DNA of 37,761 nucleotides from an uncultured Opitutia bacterium (GTDB lineage: Bacteria; Verrucomicrobiota; Verrucomicrobiia; Opitutales; JABJCN01). Where the stretch lies: positions 1 to 37,761 of the forward strand of contig CAJWWL010000002.1 of assembly GCA_913048125.1 (NCBI GenBank), read 5' to 3'. Position 1 is the stretch's first letter; the number at the start of each line of letters is the position of its first letter. Both the position numbers and the translations under genes were made by a program. Shown here in pieces: positions 35,677 through 37,761 of this stretch. Under the pieces are notes generated by a model. The model had not been told where the DNA came from. It saw nothing but the letters and a program-made list of their open reading frames with translations, and ran no database searches.

Positions 35677-36536
35677 GGGCTATTTGCCAGGCCATTGAAG
35701 AAGCCTCTGGTAAAGGTACAGAGTTTAGGTCTGCATCACCAATAAGTGGTGGGTGCATCAACAACGCCCTGCGCTTAGAAACCTCCTCAGGCACCTATTT
35801 CGTAAAAAAAAACCATCCCAGCTTTCTAGCAGCTTTCGAAGCTGAAAGCATTGCTTTAGCTCAGATCGCAGAAACACAAACCATCCGAGTACCTTTGCCA
35901 ATCTGTTATGGTAGAAATGAGGGCGACAGCTATCTAGTTCTAGAATACATAGGCATGAGCTCTCCCAGGCCTGATAGCCAAGCCGAGGCAGGCCAAAAGC
36001 TCGCTGCTATGCACCGAAACTGCGGTGAAGCATTTGGCTGGAACAAAGATAATACTATCGGTGCCACGCGACAGCCAAACCCCTACTCAAATTCGTGGAT
36101 TGAATTTTACAGGGACCATCGGCTCCAGTTCCAGTTTGAGCTCGCCGCACAAGGCGGCCAAACGTTCCACAATGCCGAGATACTCCTTGAACGCATCGGC
36201 GACTTCTTTGAAGGCTATCAGCCTGAACCATCCATTCTTCATGGTGATCTTTGGGGTGGAAACATTGGTTATACGCAAGAAGGTGAGCCTGTCATCTTCG
36301 ACCCGGCTACCTACTACGGAGACCGCGAGACTGACCTCGCCTTTACTGAAATGTTTGGAGGATTTGGCCCAGATTTTTACAACGCCTACGAATCAACCTG
36401 GCCTCGCCATTCCGGACATGAGATTCGAAAGACACTCTACAACCTCTACCACTACCTCAACCACCATAATCTGTTTGGAGGAGGTTACGCCAATACTGCA
36501 CAATCTATGATCAACCAACTCATATCGTGGGGATAG
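35673..36536 (+). CDS. Fructosamine/ketosamine-3-kinase family protein
   Basis: The family pattern is present: YFVKKN, AESIALAQI, YLVLEYI, ILHGDLWGGN and FDPATYYGDRETDLA. The start overlaps the LMW-PTP stop by 4 nt (ATGA). Confidence 0.88.
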   Translation: MRAICQAIEEASGKGTEFRSASPISGGCINNALRLETSSGTYFVKKNHPSFLAAFEAESIALAQIAETQTIRVPLPICYGRNEGDSYLVLEYIGMSSPRPDSQAEAGQKLAAMHRNCGEAFGWNKDNTIGATRQPNPYSNSWIEFYRDHRLQFQFELAAQGGQTFHNAEILLERIGDFFEGYQPEPSILHGDLWGGNIGYTQEGEPVIFDPATYYGDRETDLAFTEMFGGFGPDFYNAYESTWPRHSGHEIRKTLYNLYHYLNHHNLFGGGYANTAQSMINQLISWG

Positions 36537-36555
36537 GCAGATCAACGCTCAAATT

Positions 36556-37362
36556 ATGAAGGAAAGCCTTATACAGAGCCGTCAAAACCCAAAGGTTAAA
36601 TTCCTTGCTGGTTTGCGCAAGAAGAGAGACCGGGAACAACATGGCTGTTTCCTAATTGAAGGTCGCAAAGAGCTAGAGAACTTCCTAGCCGCCGGACGAA
36701 CCCTAGATGAGTTATTCCACTGCCCCGAATTCGACAAAAAAGATAAAGGTAAATTTTGGGAGACTGCCAAGGAGTCCAGTGAGCAAAGCTACGAGTTCTC
36801 GGCCCATGCTTTCGAAAAGGTTTCGGCCCGAGAAAACCCAGATGGTTGGCTTGGGTTGGCTAAGAGCTGGAAGCCATCAATTGACGACCTTCAGTTGCCA
36901 AAAGATCCCCTACTGCTTGTTCTGGAAGGTACTGAAAAGCCAGGTAATCTCGGAGCAATCCTTCGCACAGCAAACGCATATGGGGTGGATGCAGTGCTCT
37001 GCAATGAACCCGGAGTAGACCTATTCAACCCCAATGTTATTCGAACCTCACGCGGACTAGTTTTTTCGACAAAAATCGTCATCGCGACCGCACAAGACAC
37101 TGTCGAATACCTCAAGAAACACAACATTGCTGCGGTTGCAACCATCTGCGAGGGAGGCCAAGTTGTCTGGTCACAAGACCTCAAAGGACCAATAGCCTTC
37201 GTGATGGGTAATGAAGCAAATGGCCTCAGCCCCTTTTGGCAGAACCACGCCGACCTACAAGTCTCAATCCCCTCCCCCGGGATGGCCGATTCCCTTAACC
37301 TCTCCACTGCAACAGCAGTCTGCCTTTACGAGGTTCTTCGGCAACGAAAAGGGAATCCATAA
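36556..37362 (+). CDS. TrmH/SpoU-family RNA 2'-O-methyltransferase
   Basis: The SpoU motifs are GNLGAILRTANAYG, FVMGNEANGLS and IPSPGMADSLNLSTATAVCLYE. The target RNA cannot be called. Confidence 0.88.
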   Translation: MKESLIQSRQNPKVKFLAGLRKKRDREQHGCFLIEGRKELENFLAAGRTLDELFHCPEFDKKDKGKFWETAKESSEQSYEFSAHAFEKVSARENPDGWLGLAKSWKPSIDDLQLPKDPLLLVLEGTEKPGNLGAILRTANAYGVDAVLCNEPGVDLFNPNVIRTSRGLVFSTKIVIATAQDTVEYLKKHNIAAVATICEGGQVVWSQDLKGPIAFVMGNEANGLSPFWQNHADLQVSIPSPGMADSLNLSTATAVCLYEVLRQRKGNP

Positions 37363-37489
37363 TCTAATTTAAAACCTGAGTATTTCCCACTCATAGGAAC
37401 CGGTACTGAGCAAGAATGCGGAGCAGCAGAGATGGCGAGTAACAGGACATCGAGCAAAAGATAAACCAAGCACCTCCAGCGGTTCCCCC

Positions 37490-37510
37490 GAAAAACAAAT
37501 TCCTATCATT
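37490..37510. repeat. Direct repeat copy 1 (GAAAAACAAATTCCTATCATT)
   Basis: It matches copy 2, located 135 bp downstream, at 19 of 21 positions. It lies in the intergenic region after the methyltransferase gene. Confidence 0.5.
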
Positions 37511-37624
37511 AACAGAACATATTCCGTTGCCAATGTAGGCCAGTTGTCGTTTTCTAATCAAAAAACCAAATCATAGCTAAAGAGCCAATGTCACCCTTAA
37601 AACCTCATTATCCCCGGCGCCGCT

Positions 37625-37645
37625 GAAAAGCAAATTCCCATCATT
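37625..37645. repeat. Direct repeat copy 2 (GAAAAGCAAATTCCCATCATT)
   Basis: It matches copy 1 at 19 of 21 positions and ends 56 nt upstream of the ATG at 37702. Confidence 0.5.
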
Positions 37646-37701
37646 TGGAAACTGTGCCTGGAACACCATTTTTCTCCTAGCTTACCCCATTTTGGTGTAT
37701 C

Positions 37702-37761
37702 ATGAAACCCTTTAAGGCAACACTTGCGGCGCTCACCACGCTCGCCCTGAATGCCTCCACA
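37702..37761 (+). CDS. 5' end of an exported protein gene (runs off window)
   Basis: The ATG at 37702 opens MKPFKATLAALTTLALNAST, which resembles a signal peptide. Only 20 codons are visible. It is absent from the ORF track because it is truncated. Confidence 0.5.
   Translation, partial: MKPFKATLAALTTLALNAST

Noticed and set aside
37397-37700. The possibility that the EKQIPII-encoding repeats are parts of a real plus-strand or minus-strand gene
   Set aside because: The plus-strand frame has no ATG and is interrupted by a TAG at 37574-37576. The minus-strand frame gives only a 30-codon ORF (MVFQAQFPNDGNLLFSGAGDNEVLRVTLAL), and the upstream copy has no start. No export or repeat-protein context supports coding.
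1-37761. A scan for CRISPR arrays, rRNA, IS elements or transposase genes, toxin-antitoxin pairs and restriction or defence genes
   Set aside because: No spaced repeat arrays, no ribosomal RNA signatures, and no transposase or integrase-like ORFs are visible. No terminal inverted repeats flank any gene block. YwqK-type MORN repeats are sometimes annotated as antitoxin-like, but here they sit in a lipoprotein with no toxin partner.

Overview
The window looks like a chromosomal segment from a PVC-superphylum bacterium, probably Verrucomicrobiota-like. Supporting signs are two PVC-type CxxCH heme proteins with dehydrogenase-like N-terminal regions (HEAT repeats seen in the first), a fused SecDF, and roughly 50% GC by eye. 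All calls come from hand translation and remembered family motifs; no searches were run. Most of the window is housekeeping. The minus strand carries carB-purU-yajC-secDF-recJ, a polyprenyl synthase and tRNA-Gly(UCC). The plus strand carries xth, an LMW-PTP, a fructosamine-kinase-like gene and a TrmH-family methyltransferase. No defence system, CRISPR array, integrase or transposase is visible. The most unusual region is a compact phosphate-regulon supercluster at about 7.8-16.4 kb. It runs phoR-phoB-ppk2 on the minus strand, divergent from phoU*-pstS-pstC-pstA-pstB1-pstB2 on the plus strand. Three things stand out there. (1) PhoU is fused to an ArsC/LMW-PTP-fold domain whose catalytic P-loop is degenerate. 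(2) The two tandem PstB ATPases carry complementary motif losses, which predict one dead and one consensus ATP site. (3) Arrays of four 7-bp direct repeats at 11-bp phasing, Pho-box-like, sit in front of phoB and of the pst operon. A second point of interest is three co-oriented exported proteins at 25.8-33.2 kb: a beta-lactamase-fold (AmiE-like) domain fused to NamZ/DUF1343, followed by two tandem PVC-type cytochrome-c proteins with dehydrogenase-like N-terminal regions. The left edge holds a partial cadherin-repeat/LamG surface-protein gene that is missing from the ORF track and has an internal compositional break. The right edge holds a 21-bp direct repeat upstream of a partial signal-peptide gene.
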